A DNA stretch of 64,000 nt from a virus: the IMG/VR virus record IMGVR_UViG_3300044957_000619; one strand, given 5' to 3'. The position numbers and the translations under genes were made by a program. Of the stretch, positions 28,245 to 38,659 are shown piece after piece (position 1 is the stretch's first letter; the number at the start of each line of letters is the position of its first letter). Below the pieces are notes generated by a model. The model was given only the letters and a program-made list of their open reading frames with translations, searched no databases and was not told where the DNA came from.

Positions 28245-30767
28245 TTATACCGATGGTTCAAATGCAGCACCGGTAGGTTGAATATTAAAGTCTAACACGA
28301 TAAATTCAGCCGTTCTAGTTGGTTGTAAAAATATTTGACCATATAATATATTTTGATCAATTAGATCCGGTGTATTATTTTTATCATTCATAATAACTCG
28401 GAATGCATACAACCCTTGCTGTACTCTTACTGATTCCATATATGGATTAACAATTGCTAAAAATCTATTTCTTGTTTCTACTGAATTTTGTTCGAATACT
28501 AAAAATCTTGTAGATGATGCAATAAATTTCTTAACTGCAATAAGTAATCGCCTAACATTGATTCTATCTAATGCACTTGGACGAGCTTGTAATGTCTTTT
28601 GACCCCAAACAACAATACCGCCGTTAGCACCGCCAAAGTTTGCAATTGGATTAACGCGCGCTTGATATAAAGTATCTCGATCTGCTTGTGCCAATGAAAC
28701 TTTAGTACCAATTGCCGATATCTTTCCTCGTTGTAATCCAGCTGGTGCATACCATGGTGCTTGCGTTTTATCATTAAATGCAATTACATTTGGCAATAAA
28801 ACAGATGGTGGTACAAATATTTGTGCACCAGTAGCCGTATTAGTTGTGCTTAACCATGGCCAATATACTGCAGTATAATTAGTATCAAGCGGCGTAACTT
28901 GAGATGTTACTGTTGCAACGGAATCATCAATTGCATTCGAATCCATTATATAAAAAGTATCTTGACGAGTTTGGCATAAATTTCTTGCTAATGATGTAGC
29001 AGATGAATGTAAACTATCGATAAGTCCTGGAGTAACGAGCAAATTCATATCATAATAATCCGTATTGCTTAATACTAAAAAGGCTTTATTATATGACTCA
29101 GTTCCAGTTGATGTAGATGTCTGACAATCAAAACCGTATGTGTTATTAGACGCAATATATTCTCCACGATACTTAGGTAAATTTGGACGAGCTCCATCAA
29201 ATCCACCTTGGAATGGTACCATGAATCTTCTAGTTGACAATTTTACATTGGTTATGAAGTTTGAATTAGTTAATGCATTTTGCAATGAACCGGTATATGG
29301 TGTTATGCTATTTGGATAATTAGATGCAGTTGCTTGCAAAACATTTCCCAGATAAAAATCAACCGAACTACCTGTATTTGATCCTGATGTAGGAACTGGC
29401 GCTAAGTAATTCATGTTAGTTGCAGCAGTATAATCAAATCCATGAAAACTTGTTCCTGCATATACTCCTGAAACTAATTGTGATGTTCGATATGATGCTG
29501 CAGGTAATGATAAACTAGATGATACTAACGGTGTTGGCGAACTAGGTGCACGGAAACCAAATGGTATCAATGTTTTATCAATAATTTTATTTCGTACATC
29601 TTCAGACACTTCTACTCGAATGTAATTGTTTTGTGTTGGATAACTACCATTAAAAAATACTTGTCCGTTATTATTAACGGTTTGATAACTATCTCCAATT
29701 ACTCGTCCAATATATTTAGGCGAGTCTGGATCTAAATTAACTTCCCATTCTTGAATAATATCTGGACTAGCATCCGTATCTTGAGATGCATATGGCGAAC
29801 CTGGAATACCTGGTGTTAATGTATTAACTTTTCTAAGTTGAATTACAAATGTGCCGTATGTATCTGCAGGTCCTAATTCCGTACCAGTTCCGGATGTGCC
29901 AGGGGCTAATTTAATATCTTTGATTCCAACTTTTACTTCATGGCTAACCGACGTACCATGTGATAATGTATGGAATCTAATTAAATCCGTAGTAGCACTA
30001 CCTACCAATTGTGATGTAATCCATGGGGTTGATGCTACATTATAGTCTTGCAAAAATTCATAGTTATTAATAATATGCAATGATGCAGTAACTTTAGTAA
30101 TATCTGCAAATTCCGTATGAAGTTTTTTGGCTTCATATTGTACATATACTGGATAATTTGATGATGCTGGACTTGTACCTAATACTGTACTTATGTATTG
30201 ATTTGATGAATCAACAATTGAACAAGAAATTCCTGTCGACGTATTAGATAAAAACGATCCATCGAATCCAATAGCTGAATTTTGTGGTGCTGTATATGAA
30301 CCAGAAATAATTAAAGAAAATGATCCGTTGTTAGTTGATGTATTATATGTTAATAATGAAGATTCAAACAATGGACCCGTCAATCCTACGGTCGTAACTG
30401 GACGTGTCGGATGAAGGATATGCGATACTTTTTTAACTAATCCTGCTCCAGAACCAGATTGTGCAACGATTGCTAAAGCTCCGCGGTCTAAATAATACCC
30501 ATCTTCATATAAAATTCGTGTTACCGTAATTACTTGACCATTTTTTAAATAATCTTCAACTACCATCGGTACATAATAATCATCCGATGTATTTGTTCCG
30601 AATATTTGATTGTATTCTGTTAACGAGGTAATTCTCGTTGGTACTAATGCAGGCCCCTTTACTGTTGGGCCGACAATTGCAGCACCTATAGTTTGTATTC
30701 CTACTGTTAAAAATGATTGATCGATCTCCCGTGTAAATACGCCAGGTGATACTATTCTTTCTGCCAT
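28245..30767 (-). CDS. Contractile tail sheath protein (gp18-like)
   Basis: SPGVFTREID, YWPW, PWYAPAG, WGQKTL, DRINVRRL, PTRTAEFI. Confidence 0.95.
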   Translation of the reverse strand: MAERIVSPGVFTREIDQSFLTVGIQTIGAAIVGPTVKGPALVPTRITSLTEYNQIFGTNTSDDYYVPMVVEDYLKNGQVITVTRILYEDGYYLDRGALAIVAQSGSGAGLVKKVSHILHPTRPVTTVGLTGPLFESSLLTYNTSTNNGSFSLIISGSYTAPQNSAIGFDGSFLSNTSTGISCSIVDSSNQYISTVLGTSPASSNYPVYVQYEAKKLHTEFADITKVTASLHIINNYEFLQDYNVASTPWITSQLVGSATTDLIRFHTLSHGTSVSHEVKVGIKDIKLAPGTSGTGTELGPADTYGTFVIQLRKVNTLTPGIPGSPYASQDTDASPDIIQEWEVNLDPDSPKYIGRVIGDSYQTVNNNGQVFFNGSYPTQNNYIRVEVSEDVRNKIIDKTLIPFGFRAPSSPTPLVSSSLSLPAASYRTSQLVSGVYAGTSFHGFDYTAATNMNYLAPVPTSGSNTGSSVDFYLGNVLQATASNYPNSITPYTGSLQNALTNSNFITNVKLSTRRFMVPFQGGFDGARPNLPKYRGEYIASNNTYGFDCQTSTSTGTESYNKAFLVLSNTDYYDMNLLVTPGLIDSLHSSATSLARNLCQTRQDTFYIMDSNAIDDSVATVTSQVTPLDTNYTAVYWPWLSTTNTATGAQIFVPPSVLLPNVIAFNDKTQAPWYAPAGLQRGKISAIGTKVSLAQADRDTLYQARVNPIANFGGANGGIVVWGQKTLQARPSALDRINVRRLLIAVKKFIASSTRFLVFEQNSVETRNRFLAIVNPYMESVRVQQGLYAFRVIMNDKNNTPDLIDQNILYGQIFLQPTRTAEFIVLDFNIQPTGAAFEPSV

Positions 30768-30817
30768 TTATGTCTCCTAATGATTTTCTTATAAATATAA
30801 TACGTTAAGTCCAAACC

Positions 30818-31087
30818 TTACGCAGTAGGAGTAAATGTACCTTGAGCGATATTTATTTGACCATCGCCATACCGATTGCGCATTTTTTCTAACAATTCTT
30901 CTTCTTGTTTACGCAAATCAACAAACCATTTCATTTGTTCTTCACGTTGTGCATCTATTTGTCGAAGTTGCTGTTGCAAAGAAAATTCTTCAATATATAG
31001 ATTTCCTAGTAATTGCGAATTTTGTGTGAATGCATCTCGAAGTGCTTGAATTTCATCTAAATGCTCTTTATCTATTTTTCGAGTCAT
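30818..31087 (-). CDS. Hypothetical coiled-coil protein
   Basis: Helical body ending RYGDGQINIAQGTF. Confidence 0.65.
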   Translation of the reverse strand: MTRKIDKEHLDEIQALRDAFTQNSQLLGNLYIEEFSLQQQLRQIDAQREEQMKWFVDLRKQEEELLEKMRNRYGDGQINIAQGTFTPTA

Positions 31088-31104
31088 AATAACCTTTTCT
31101 TGAT

Positions 31105-31133
31105 ATTATAATGAAAAAGATTGAATTATCCAA
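31105..31133 (-). promoter_or_regulatory. Promoter TTGGAT-N17-TATAAT
   Basis: Exact motif upstream of 31087. Confidence 0.65.
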
Positions 31134-31368
31134 GCATTTCGATTTTATTCATATCAATGGAAATGCTATCTACTGATAGGATGTCCCCATGTATGTTAAA
31201 ATCTTCTCGGGTAGTTAAAGTTGTTCCACCGGGTACATTTGATAGGTCAATGTTTAATCCGTAGCACGTATCATCTACGTATACGTTAACGATTAAATCA
31301 TAACCATCAACCGTATCAACAGCTGTTATGCGTTTATCAAATAAAAATTGTTTTAATGTTAATTTCAT
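31126..31368 (-). CDS. Hypothetical protein
   Basis: ORF with an AGGAA RBS directly after the beta-propeller gene. Confidence 0.55.
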   Translation of the reverse strand: MKLTLKQFLFDKRITAVDTVDGYDLIVNVYVDDTCYGLNIDLSNVPGGTTLTTREDFNIHGDILSVDSISIDMNKIEMLG

Positions 31369-31375
31369 ATATTTC

Positions 31376-33670
31376 CTATGTTATTATGTTTAATAAAGTA
31401 TGCGGAAGGGTATCAAAACCTAGACCCGTTTCATTAAATGTTTGTGTACCAGTATTAAATTCCGTAAGGCGTGTTCCCGATTGATTAATTTTCGCTATAT
31501 ATCCTACGTATGTTCCATTATACGATGTAAAATTATTACCAGCATATATGTTATTATTTATGTCCAAACTAATAGCTCGAGGTGATAAGATTGCCCAACC
31601 AGATGGTCCGGTGCCTACTGCAAATGCAGCATCTCTAGAGCCGTTGGAGTTTATTTTAACTAATCGGTTAGATGTAGAACCAGAATATGAAGTAAAAGAT
31701 CCGCCGGCTATCATTGTGCCATCATTAAATAACTTTATGGCGGATACGGTACCATTTAAAGTTCCGCCGGGACTAAATGTTGAATCTCGAGTTCCGTCGG
31801 TATTAATTCTTGCAAGTCTAACTGCGGAAGATCCAGAATATTGAGTAAAGTCACCGCCAATGATTGTTTTATCGTCAGGCTGAATGGTTATAACATATGT
31901 TATACCTGGTAATCCAGTTCCCGAATTATATGATAAATCTCTCGTACCATCAGTATTTATACGAAGTATTCTGGTTATACTAGATCCGCTATAATTTGTC
32001 ATAGCTCCGACTACAATAAATTTTCCATCAGATTGCATTGCAATAGAAAATGGCGTTCCAGTAAATCCGGTACCGACATTAAACGTTGTATCGCGTGTGC
32101 CATTAGTATTGATTCGCACTATTCCGGGGCTACTAGATCCACTATATGTTGTAAATCCTCCCGTTGCTACTATTTTACCATCGGACTGAATTACTGCATC
32201 AAGTACGCTACCGTTAGGACCTGTTCCAACGTTAAATGTTGCATCGCGCGTTCCGCTTACATTAAGTCGCGTAAGTCTGGTAACACTGGATCCGCTGTAT
32301 GTTGCAAAATCGCCACCTGCAATGAGTTTTCCGTCAGATTGAGTAACCATGGTATATACGGTATTACCAAAACCGGCTCCCATGTTAAAAGTCGTATCAA
32401 TAGATCCAGAATTATCTAATTTTATAATTCTATTATATGCAGGAGCATCGTATAAGGTAAAGCTTCCACCTAGATACAAACTACTTCCAGACACCAATGT
32501 AGTCCCAACTCCGGCATTAAAGCCTCTCGTTGTTTGACCGTTAAATGCAACACTGCCCGTATTGAATGTTAAATCTATAGTGCCACTCGGTGATGTTTTT
32601 ACAAATCGATTGACCGTTGAACCGCTATATGTTGTAAAATTGTTTCCAACATATACGTTTCCTGCAGAATCTAAAGATAATCCATTTATTGTATTGACTG
32701 TAACACTATTAATACCTGCTCCTACGTTATAGGAGGCATCTCGATTGCCGTTAGATAATATTCGAGCTATACTAGTTTGAGTGCTGCCACTAACAGAGGT
32801 AAAAGCACCAACACATAGAATTTTTTGATCGGGTTGTACTTTTACGGCATATACCAAGTTATTAATAGTACCCGGATTGAAAGTGGCATCTACGGTACCA
32901 TTAGTGTTTAATCGCATTAAGCGAGTTACAGTTGACCCACTATATTGTGTTGCTCCGTGACCTATAACAATTTTGCCGTCTGATTGAATGTCAACTGCAT
33001 AACCTACACGCGTTGTTGCAGTAAACCCAGTTCCATTATTAAATGTTGTGTCTAGAGTACCATTGGTGTTTATTCTTAGTGAGCCAGTTCCAATAGCCGA
33101 ACCTGAGTACGTAGTCATGCTGTTTCCAACTATAACAGCTTTATCGTCACTTTGTATGGCAACAGCAAATCCGTTTTGGTTTAGGCCAGTTCCAATGTTG
33201 TATGTTGTGTCGTATGTTCCGTTGGTGTTAAGTCTAGCAATACGATTTCTTGTTGATCCACTATATGTTGTAAATGCTCCCGTTGCAACTATTTTACCAT
33301 CGGACTGAAGTTTTAAATCATGTACCGTACCATTGAATCCTGTTCCAACGTTAAATGTTGCATCGCGCGTTCCATTAGTATTCACTCTTGCAATACATGG
33401 CGACGACGATCCTGAATACGTTGTAAAGTTTCCTCCCATTATTATTTTTCCGTCGGATTGAGTAACCATGCATAAAATGGAATTGTTAGCACCGCTAGTG
33501 CCCATATTGAATGTAGTGTCTACCGAACCAGATAAATCAGTACGTAAAATTCTAGTATATACTGGTTGTTCGTATGTTGTGAACGCACCACCTATATACA
33601 TGTAGTTTAGCGCTCCTGGAATTTCAATTCCAAGAGTAAACGACTGAATAAATGCAAAAGGTGTAAACAT
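31376..33670 (-). CDS. Delta-60 repeat (DUF5122-like) beta-propeller protein, putative receptor-binding/fibre tip
   Basis: About 13 repeats of QSDGKI..GG.FTTYSGS....RLNT.GT.D.TFN.GTG. Confidence 0.8.
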   Translation of the reverse strand: MFTPFAFIQSFTLGIEIPGALNYMYIGGAFTTYEQPVYTRILRTDLSGSVDTTFNMGTSGANNSILCMVTQSDGKIIMGGNFTTYSGSSSPCIARVNTNGTRDATFNVGTGFNGTVHDLKLQSDGKIVATGAFTTYSGSTRNRIARLNTNGTYDTTYNIGTGLNQNGFAVAIQSDDKAVIVGNSMTTYSGSAIGTGSLRINTNGTLDTTFNNGTGFTATTRVGYAVDIQSDGKIVIGHGATQYSGSTVTRLMRLNTNGTVDATFNPGTINNLVYAVKVQPDQKILCVGAFTSVSGSTQTSIARILSNGNRDASYNVGAGINSVTVNTINGLSLDSAGNVYVGNNFTTYSGSTVNRFVKTSPSGTIDLTFNTGSVAFNGQTTRGFNAGVGTTLVSGSSLYLGGSFTLYDAPAYNRIIKLDNSGSIDTTFNMGAGFGNTVYTMVTQSDGKLIAGGDFATYSGSSVTRLTRLNVSGTRDATFNVGTGPNGSVLDAVIQSDGKIVATGGFTTYSGSSSPGIVRINTNGTRDTTFNVGTGFTGTPFSIAMQSDGKFIVVGAMTNYSGSSITRILRINTDGTRDLSYNSGTGLPGITYVITIQPDDKTIIGGDFTQYSGSSAVRLARINTDGTRDSTFSPGGTLNGTVSAIKLFNDGTMIAGGSFTSYSGSTSNRLVKINSNGSRDAAFAVGTGPSGWAILSPRAISLDINNNIYAGNNFTSYNGTYVGYIAKINQSGTRLTEFNTGTQTFNETGLGFDTLPHTLLNIIT

Positions 33671-33674
33671 AACT

Positions 33675-34202
33675 TTATATCATATTTCTTACGGAACTTA
33701 CAAAAATAAGCGATGAATCAAACGTAATCATTGTTACTATATCAATAGCATTTGCTACTGCTGATCCAGTGTATGCAGACCCGCTTGGCTGATCAACGAA
33801 ACTTGGAAAACTTACTGTTCCTGTTCCCAAGGATCCTTGAGTAACACGTATATTTACTGTTTGTCCTGGGTTTATATTTGTTGGGTTAATATGGGTGTTT
33901 GCTCCGTCGACAAGTGCTAAGGTAAAAAAGTTGTTAGCAGACACGTTAACTGAAGCAGTATTTGAAGTAATTGAAAGTGCAGACACTTGCCCTCGAAGTG
34001 AGCCTGTAATAACCAAGGATTGGTTAAGTGGATTGATGAATGAAGCTGTTGCTGCAAATGATGCTGATGTTGCAAAACTACTTGATAATGCTTGAGAAGC
34101 ATATGAAGCGGTTCCTAATAAACTGCCTGTTATATGTGGTGCATACAAAGAATTTAGCGAAGCATTAGATCCTGATATTATGATCTTTTTCCATGACGGC
34201 AT
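33675..34202 (-). CDS. Short fibre/adaptor protein
   Basis: MPSWKKIIISGS N-terminus; TGSLLGTASYA fibre-like repeats. Confidence 0.55.
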   Translation of the reverse strand: MPSWKKIIISGSNASLNSLYAPHITGSLLGTASYASQALSSSFATSASFAATASFINPLNQSLVITGSLRGQVSALSITSNTASVNVSANNFFTLALVDGANTHINPTNINPGQTVNIRVTQGSLGTGTVSFPSFVDQPSGSAYTGSAVANAIDIVTMITFDSSLIFVSSVRNMI

Positions 34203-34217
34203 ATTGTTTTCCTTTTG

Positions 34218-34279
34218 TGTTGTGGTTGGTTACATACACTTATGCCGTGCGTGTGCCCACTTCCTTGCGGCCTACAACA
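34218..34279 (-). ncRNA. c-di-GMP-II riboswitch-like structured RNA in a 5' UTR
   Basis: TGTTGTAG GCCG CAAGGAAG TGG GCACACGC A CGGC ATAA GTGTATGT AA CCA A CCACAACA. Shows P1, P2 (TGG/CCA) with an AA bulge, P3 and a GCCG/CGGC pseudoknot; lies between a late promoter motif and the RBS. Confidence 0.6.
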
Positions 34280-34292
34280 TTTATAATAAATA

Positions 34293-34469
34293 TCACTGTT
34301 TTAGATATTGCTCTTGCAATTTCAAGATGATATTGTAAAACGTTTCTACTTGATTACCTCGTACAGAAACATCTTTTAACAACAACAACAAAAATTCAAT
34401 TTCTTGTTTTGTTAATTGATTTTCTAGTTGCTGTTTTGTTTGCGATTTTAACTTGTCAATTATGCTCAT
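34293..34469 (-). CDS. 58-aa hypothetical protein
   Basis: Manual translation MSIIDKLKSQ...LTKQEIEFLLLLLKDVSVRGNQVETFYNIILKLQEQYLKQ. Confidence 0.65.
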   Translation of the reverse strand: MSIIDKLKSQTKQQLENQLTKQEIEFLLLLLKDVSVRGNQVETFYNIILKLQEQYLKQ

Positions 34470-34483
34470 AACTTGTTTTATTT

Positions 34484-35053
34484 TTATGCGTAAATATAAA
34501 TATCTCCGGTATTTGAATCAACATGTATTGTACCATATCCATTACCCGAACCACCATATATTGGAGCTAGGGATGGTGCAGAAACACTTGTTTCTACTGC
34601 TCCTGCATACACAACTGGAGTAAACGAATTACCGGTTGTGTCAAATGATGACGTGAATCCCCAACGCGTTGTGCCAAAATCATACCCATATAATTCACCA
34701 ACGTTTTGAGTACCTTGTTGAACTACGATACCACCGTCGCCTGCAGTATTAGAGCCCGATGCAAATAACACAAATCGATCTGCAACAAGTAAATTAGCGG
34801 TATTTTGAAATGAAGCCGTACCTAATACGACTAAATCGCCCGTTAATGTTAATCCAACAAATGATGGAGAATCTGTTGTCTGTAAACCTAGATCTATGCT
34901 AAGTCCTGCAACGCCATTGTTAGTAAGACGTGCTTCGCCTTGTGCTGGCGATGATAATGCAGATGAAGAAATTGCAGATGTTATATAGCCTGCATCATTG
35001 TTTAATTGCGAAACATTACTGCCAGATACTATTACTTTTTTCCAAGTTGCCAT
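34484..35053 (-). CDS. Short fibre/structural protein
   Basis: MATWKKVIVSGS N-terminus; LTLTGDLVVLGT beta-helix-like segment. Confidence 0.55.
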   Translation of the reverse strand: MATWKKVIVSGSNVSQLNNDAGYITSAISSSALSSPAQGEARLTNNGVAGLSIDLGLQTTDSPSFVGLTLTGDLVVLGTASFQNTANLLVADRFVLFASGSNTAGDGGIVVQQGTQNVGELYGYDFGTTRWGFTSSFDTTGNSFTPVVYAGAVETSVSAPSLAPIYGGSGNGYGTIHVDSNTGDIYIYA

Positions 35054-35087
35054 GTTTTTAAATTCCTATTTTATATAAATATACGCA

Positions 35088-35660
35088 TCAATCTAAACCT
35101 ACAAAAAAAGATCCAGATGTAAAACATATTCCGCCGTTTGGAGCAGGGCCTGTTAGTTCTATACTTTGCGTTACTATTACGATAACACCACTTTGCGATA
35201 CGGTTAATATAGGCTGATCGTTAAAATTTTTAATTAAGAATATATTATTAATATCGCTTTTAATTTGCAACGATCCTGTAATAACAGCACTTCCAGAAAA
35301 TGGAAACGAATTTCCACCTCCGCCATTCAAAGCAAATGAGGCTGTAGTTGCATAACTTGAAGAAATTGAATTTGCAACATTATTAACTATTATTGGAAAT
35401 GATGTTCCATTGCCTCTAGTAAATGTAATTGTAGCATTATTAATCGACGCCGTATTTATACTAGTTAATGAATATGATGCTGTATTAGAAAATGACGCCG
35501 ACGTTGCAAATAATGAGTATGAAGCTGTTCTTGCGGTCAATGCATATGATGCCGATTCAGCCCATGATGCGGTACCAAAAAATGAACCTGTTATTTCGTA
35601 TGATCCAGTTGGTAATTGCGATATGTTAAATATTAATTTACCGCGACTCATTGTGCCCAT
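35088..35660 (-). CDS. Fibre-like structural protein
   Basis: TASWA/SASYA/TASF repeats, FPFSGSAVITGS. Confidence 0.5.
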   Translation of the reverse strand: MGTMSRGKLIFNISQLPTGSYEITGSFFGTASWAESASYALTARTASYSLFATSASFSNTASYSLTSINTASINNATITFTRGNGTSFPIIVNNVANSISSSYATTASFALNGGGGNSFPFSGSAVITGSLQIKSDINNIFLIKNFNDQPILTVSQSGVIVIVTQSIELTGPAPNGGICFTSGSFFVGLD

Positions 35661-36877
35661 CTCCCTTTAACTATAACAGTATCAGCTGGTGTTAAATTAT
35701 AGCCTATAGTAGCCGTATCGAATATTAACGTTTGAGGTGCATTAACGCTAGGTGTCCAATTATACAATGCTTTATCGATATATTGTCCATTAATGAATAC
35801 ATCAAATTCATGATATGTTGCACCTAATTTTGTTACTGGATTTACTGCAGTCTTAAAATTTAATGTGCTGGTAATCGAGTTTACATATGTACCTACTCGT
35901 TCTTGAATCAATGTTAAATAAAACATGATATCTGGAGTAATATTTGTAATTAATCCGCCTCCACCGACTGTTACGGATAATCCGGACATTACACTACTTT
36001 GAGCTTGTAATACTTCAACTGGCACTGTTGCTGTTTGAAATATATTTGTATTACCAACATCAACATATTGATCAAATGTTAATTTTTTGGGAGAAAACAT
36101 TTTTTTAATTGTAGATATTCGGGCTTCTTGATCTGATAATAACGTACCCAGTACTGTTAATGGTATAGTTGCACGTATCAATCTGTCCTCACCTATAGTA
36201 TTAACGGTTTCGAATGATATAGACCCAATAGTAGTTTGATACTTGTTTCCGCCATTTCCCCATGCAAATCTACCATATGGTAAAATTTGATCAACTAATT
36301 CATTCATTTGTGCTGTAAAATCGCACCATAACATCATATCATATTCGACTGTAACATACTTTGGTATATCTACAATATAAATTTTTTGAGACTCAGCTGG
36401 GACAGATGTTGGTATTGGAAATAAATCATCTTCATAACGATTGCGTTCATTGTATTTATTTTTATGAACGATATAATTTGTTGGGTATGGTCTGTTAACA
36501 TCCAAAGATTTTTGATTATCTCGTTCAGCTACGGAATTTCGTTTTAACATAATCAATGGCGATTGTAACATTCCTTTTTCATCTCGTAAATATCCTAATC
36601 TACGTACATTATCCCATTTTTCGCCACTTGCAAAAATTACCGGTACAGATATTAGTTGTTGATTTGCAGCAACTTGCGGTTGAATTTCATTTTCAACAAA
36701 CCATTTAATTGCATAATCAATATCATACAATGTACGTTGAGTTGATTTTATTATATCATCATCTCGACGTGTTTGTGCGGCACGATTTAATAATAGATCA
36801 TCACCGAATCCTTCTGTAGATGCTGGATTCGGTTTATTTGTTTTTCGATCTATATTTTCCCTATTTAATCTAGGCAT
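35648..36877 (-). CDS. Tail completion/sheath stabiliser (gp15-like) with a C-terminal extension
   Basis: VPVIFASGEKW, PLIMLKR, PKYVTVEYD...QMNELVDQI; follows the neck genes. Confidence 0.6.
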   Translation of the reverse strand: MPRLNRENIDRKTNKPNPASTEGFGDDLLLNRAAQTRRDDDIIKSTQRTLYDIDYAIKWFVENEIQPQVAANQQLISVPVIFASGEKWDNVRRLGYLRDEKGMLQSPLIMLKRNSVAERDNQKSLDVNRPYPTNYIVHKNKYNERNRYEDDLFPIPTSVPAESQKIYIVDIPKYVTVEYDMMLWCDFTAQMNELVDQILPYGRFAWGNGGNKYQTTIGSISFETVNTIGEDRLIRATIPLTVLGTLLSDQEARISTIKKMFSPKKLTFDQYVDVGNTNIFQTATVPVEVLQAQSSVMSGLSVTVGGGGLITNITPDIMFYLTLIQERVGTYVNSITSTLNFKTAVNPVTKLGATYHEFDVFINGQYIDKALYNWTPSVNAPQTLIFDTATIGYNLTPADTVIVKGRWAQ

Positions 36878-36879
36878 CG

Positions 36880-37398
36880 TTATCCTTTATATGAAAATGA
36901 CGTATTTGAGCCACCTCTTCTCAAATTTGTAATACCTAGCGGCGTCTGTCTCGTTGCATGAGCATTACATATAATAGAAACGCTATAACCATGAGAATCT
37001 CCATTTGGCCATGTTTCTGGGTTTTTTCCTACAAAATATTGATTTGCATCGACATTATCTAATTCATAATATTCGTTATCCCAAAAAACAATATCGCCAA
37101 CTTCTGGATAATAATCTGCTCGTTCTAATAAATCTCGCGAAACACCGAATGTTAATGTTCTAGTATATGAATGCCCATAATCATCCATTACTGCAGACTT
37201 ATCATCTTTAGTAATCATGCATGGTAATAGAATTGAATCAAAATATGATTTTGAATCTGATTCGCCGTACATGTTAGATTCGGTATTTTCTATAATAAGT
37301 TTATAAAACTCAATTTCAGTGTCTACGATCGCATTAATTAATTCACGATTAATTGATGCTAAAAATTTTGCATCTCGTTGTGTTCCAAACAAAGCCAT
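36880..37398 (-). CDS. Neck/head completion protein (gp14-like)
   Basis: NMYGES, YPEVGDIV.W..EYYE. Confidence 0.7.
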   Translation of the reverse strand: MALFGTQRDAKFLASINRELINAIVDTEIEFYKLIIENTESNMYGESDSKSYFDSILLPCMITKDDKSAVMDDYGHSYTRTLTFGVSRDLLERADYYPEVGDIVFWDNEYYELDNVDANQYFVGKNPETWPNGDSHGYSVSIICNAHATRQTPLGITNLRRGGSNTSFSYKG

Positions 37399-37406
37399 AT
37401 TTTCTC

Positions 37407-38633
37407 CTATCCTAAATATATTTTTAATGGAACTCTTGCAAGTATTTCGTTCATTTGCGATGATTCTGCATTTTGTCGCGTCATCATTTGTTCTTTGGTC
37501 ATTTTTTCTAAAAACTCTCGTAATTGAGTTATTAATTCTCCCTTTTCTGATTGCCCTTGTGATGTTAACTCAGAACCATTAAGTGTTACTTCACCATTTG
37601 GAATAGGAACATTTGAATACTTGCCTCGAATATATCCTAACATTTCTTTTGCGGTAGCAGTTGCATATTTAAAAATCCACGCACGCCCCATATCATTAAT
37701 TCTGCCGTATGTTTGATAAGTATATGGTATATTTGATGCGTCAGTAACAACCCCTCGCATAAGTGCGGAATTACCGTATAATACAGCCGCATTAGTTTTA
37801 TCTTCTTCTAATACAAATTCTATCCAAACTTTTTTATAAAAAATTGAAGATGCTGCGCTGCCAGTACCGCTACTAGGTACTGGATAAAACTTTATATCAT
37901 CGCCATGTACTTCAAATGTAAAATATGATTTACGAACCATATCATTGAATTCAATTGCTTGCAATCTAAATAAATCAGCATGAATTGGCATCATCATAAA
38001 TGATACAGAAGGCGAAAATCCACCAAAATCAAACGCATCTAATAATTGTTGCGAACCTAAACCAGTACCAACAAATGGATCAAAATACCGTACGATTGCG
38101 GGTGGCATTGTATGTAATACTCGTTTTATTTCTACTGAACTTGTTGTTAATACTAATCCTAATGATTTTGATATAGCTGTACGTATATTATATGTTTGTT
38201 GTCCAGGAATTACATCGATTGATGCAGTATACCATTTTAAATGGCCGCCCGAGTCAGCTTCGGTGCCGTATGCTTTTGATATTTTACTAATATATCCAAA
38301 TGAATTTCCAATCAACGAATCGGTAAAACTGTTGCCTTGAAGAAATCCTGAGCCAGTTTGGACGCCTAATGTATTTAATAAATTGTTAGCAATATTTACT
38401 TGGTTTACTTGATTTGAATATTCAATAACTGCCGATTCGAATGCAGTATAAAAGTTAATTGACTGCATTTCTACATCCATTATTGGATATCCTAATACTT
38501 GCGCAGCATGTTTAGCAAATTTATCTGCATGCAATTGAAATGTAGAATCAGAATCAAAAAATCCAAATGGAGTGTCACCAGGAATAAATGAAGAACTTCC
38601 AGGCCATATCGGGCGATTTTCTGAATAATCCAT
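37407..38633 (-). CDS. Neck protein (gp13-like)
   Basis: LGYPIMDVE, WIFKYA...KEMLG.IRGKY, VTLNG. Confidence 0.8.
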   Translation of the reverse strand: MDYSENRPIWPGSSSFIPGDTPFGFFDSDSTFQLHADKFAKHAAQVLGYPIMDVEMQSINFYTAFESAVIEYSNQVNQVNIANNLLNTLGVQTGSGFLQGNSFTDSLIGNSFGYISKISKAYGTEADSGGHLKWYTASIDVIPGQQTYNIRTAISKSLGLVLTTSSVEIKRVLHTMPPAIVRYFDPFVGTGLGSQQLLDAFDFGGFSPSVSFMMMPIHADLFRLQAIEFNDMVRKSYFTFEVHGDDIKFYPVPSSGTGSAASSIFYKKVWIEFVLEEDKTNAAVLYGNSALMRGVVTDASNIPYTYQTYGRINDMGRAWIFKYATATAKEMLGYIRGKYSNVPIPNGEVTLNGSELTSQGQSEKGELITQLREFLEKMTKEQMMTRQNAESSQMNEILARVPLKIYLG

Positions 38634-38659
38634 TGTTACATTCCTTTTTCATATAAATA

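Noticed and set aside
31376-33670. Diversity-generating retroelement or invertible cassette in the beta-propeller gene
   Set aside because: The internal DNA similarity reflects duplicated protein repeats; no reverse transcriptase, adenine-specific TR/VR pair or invertase was seen.
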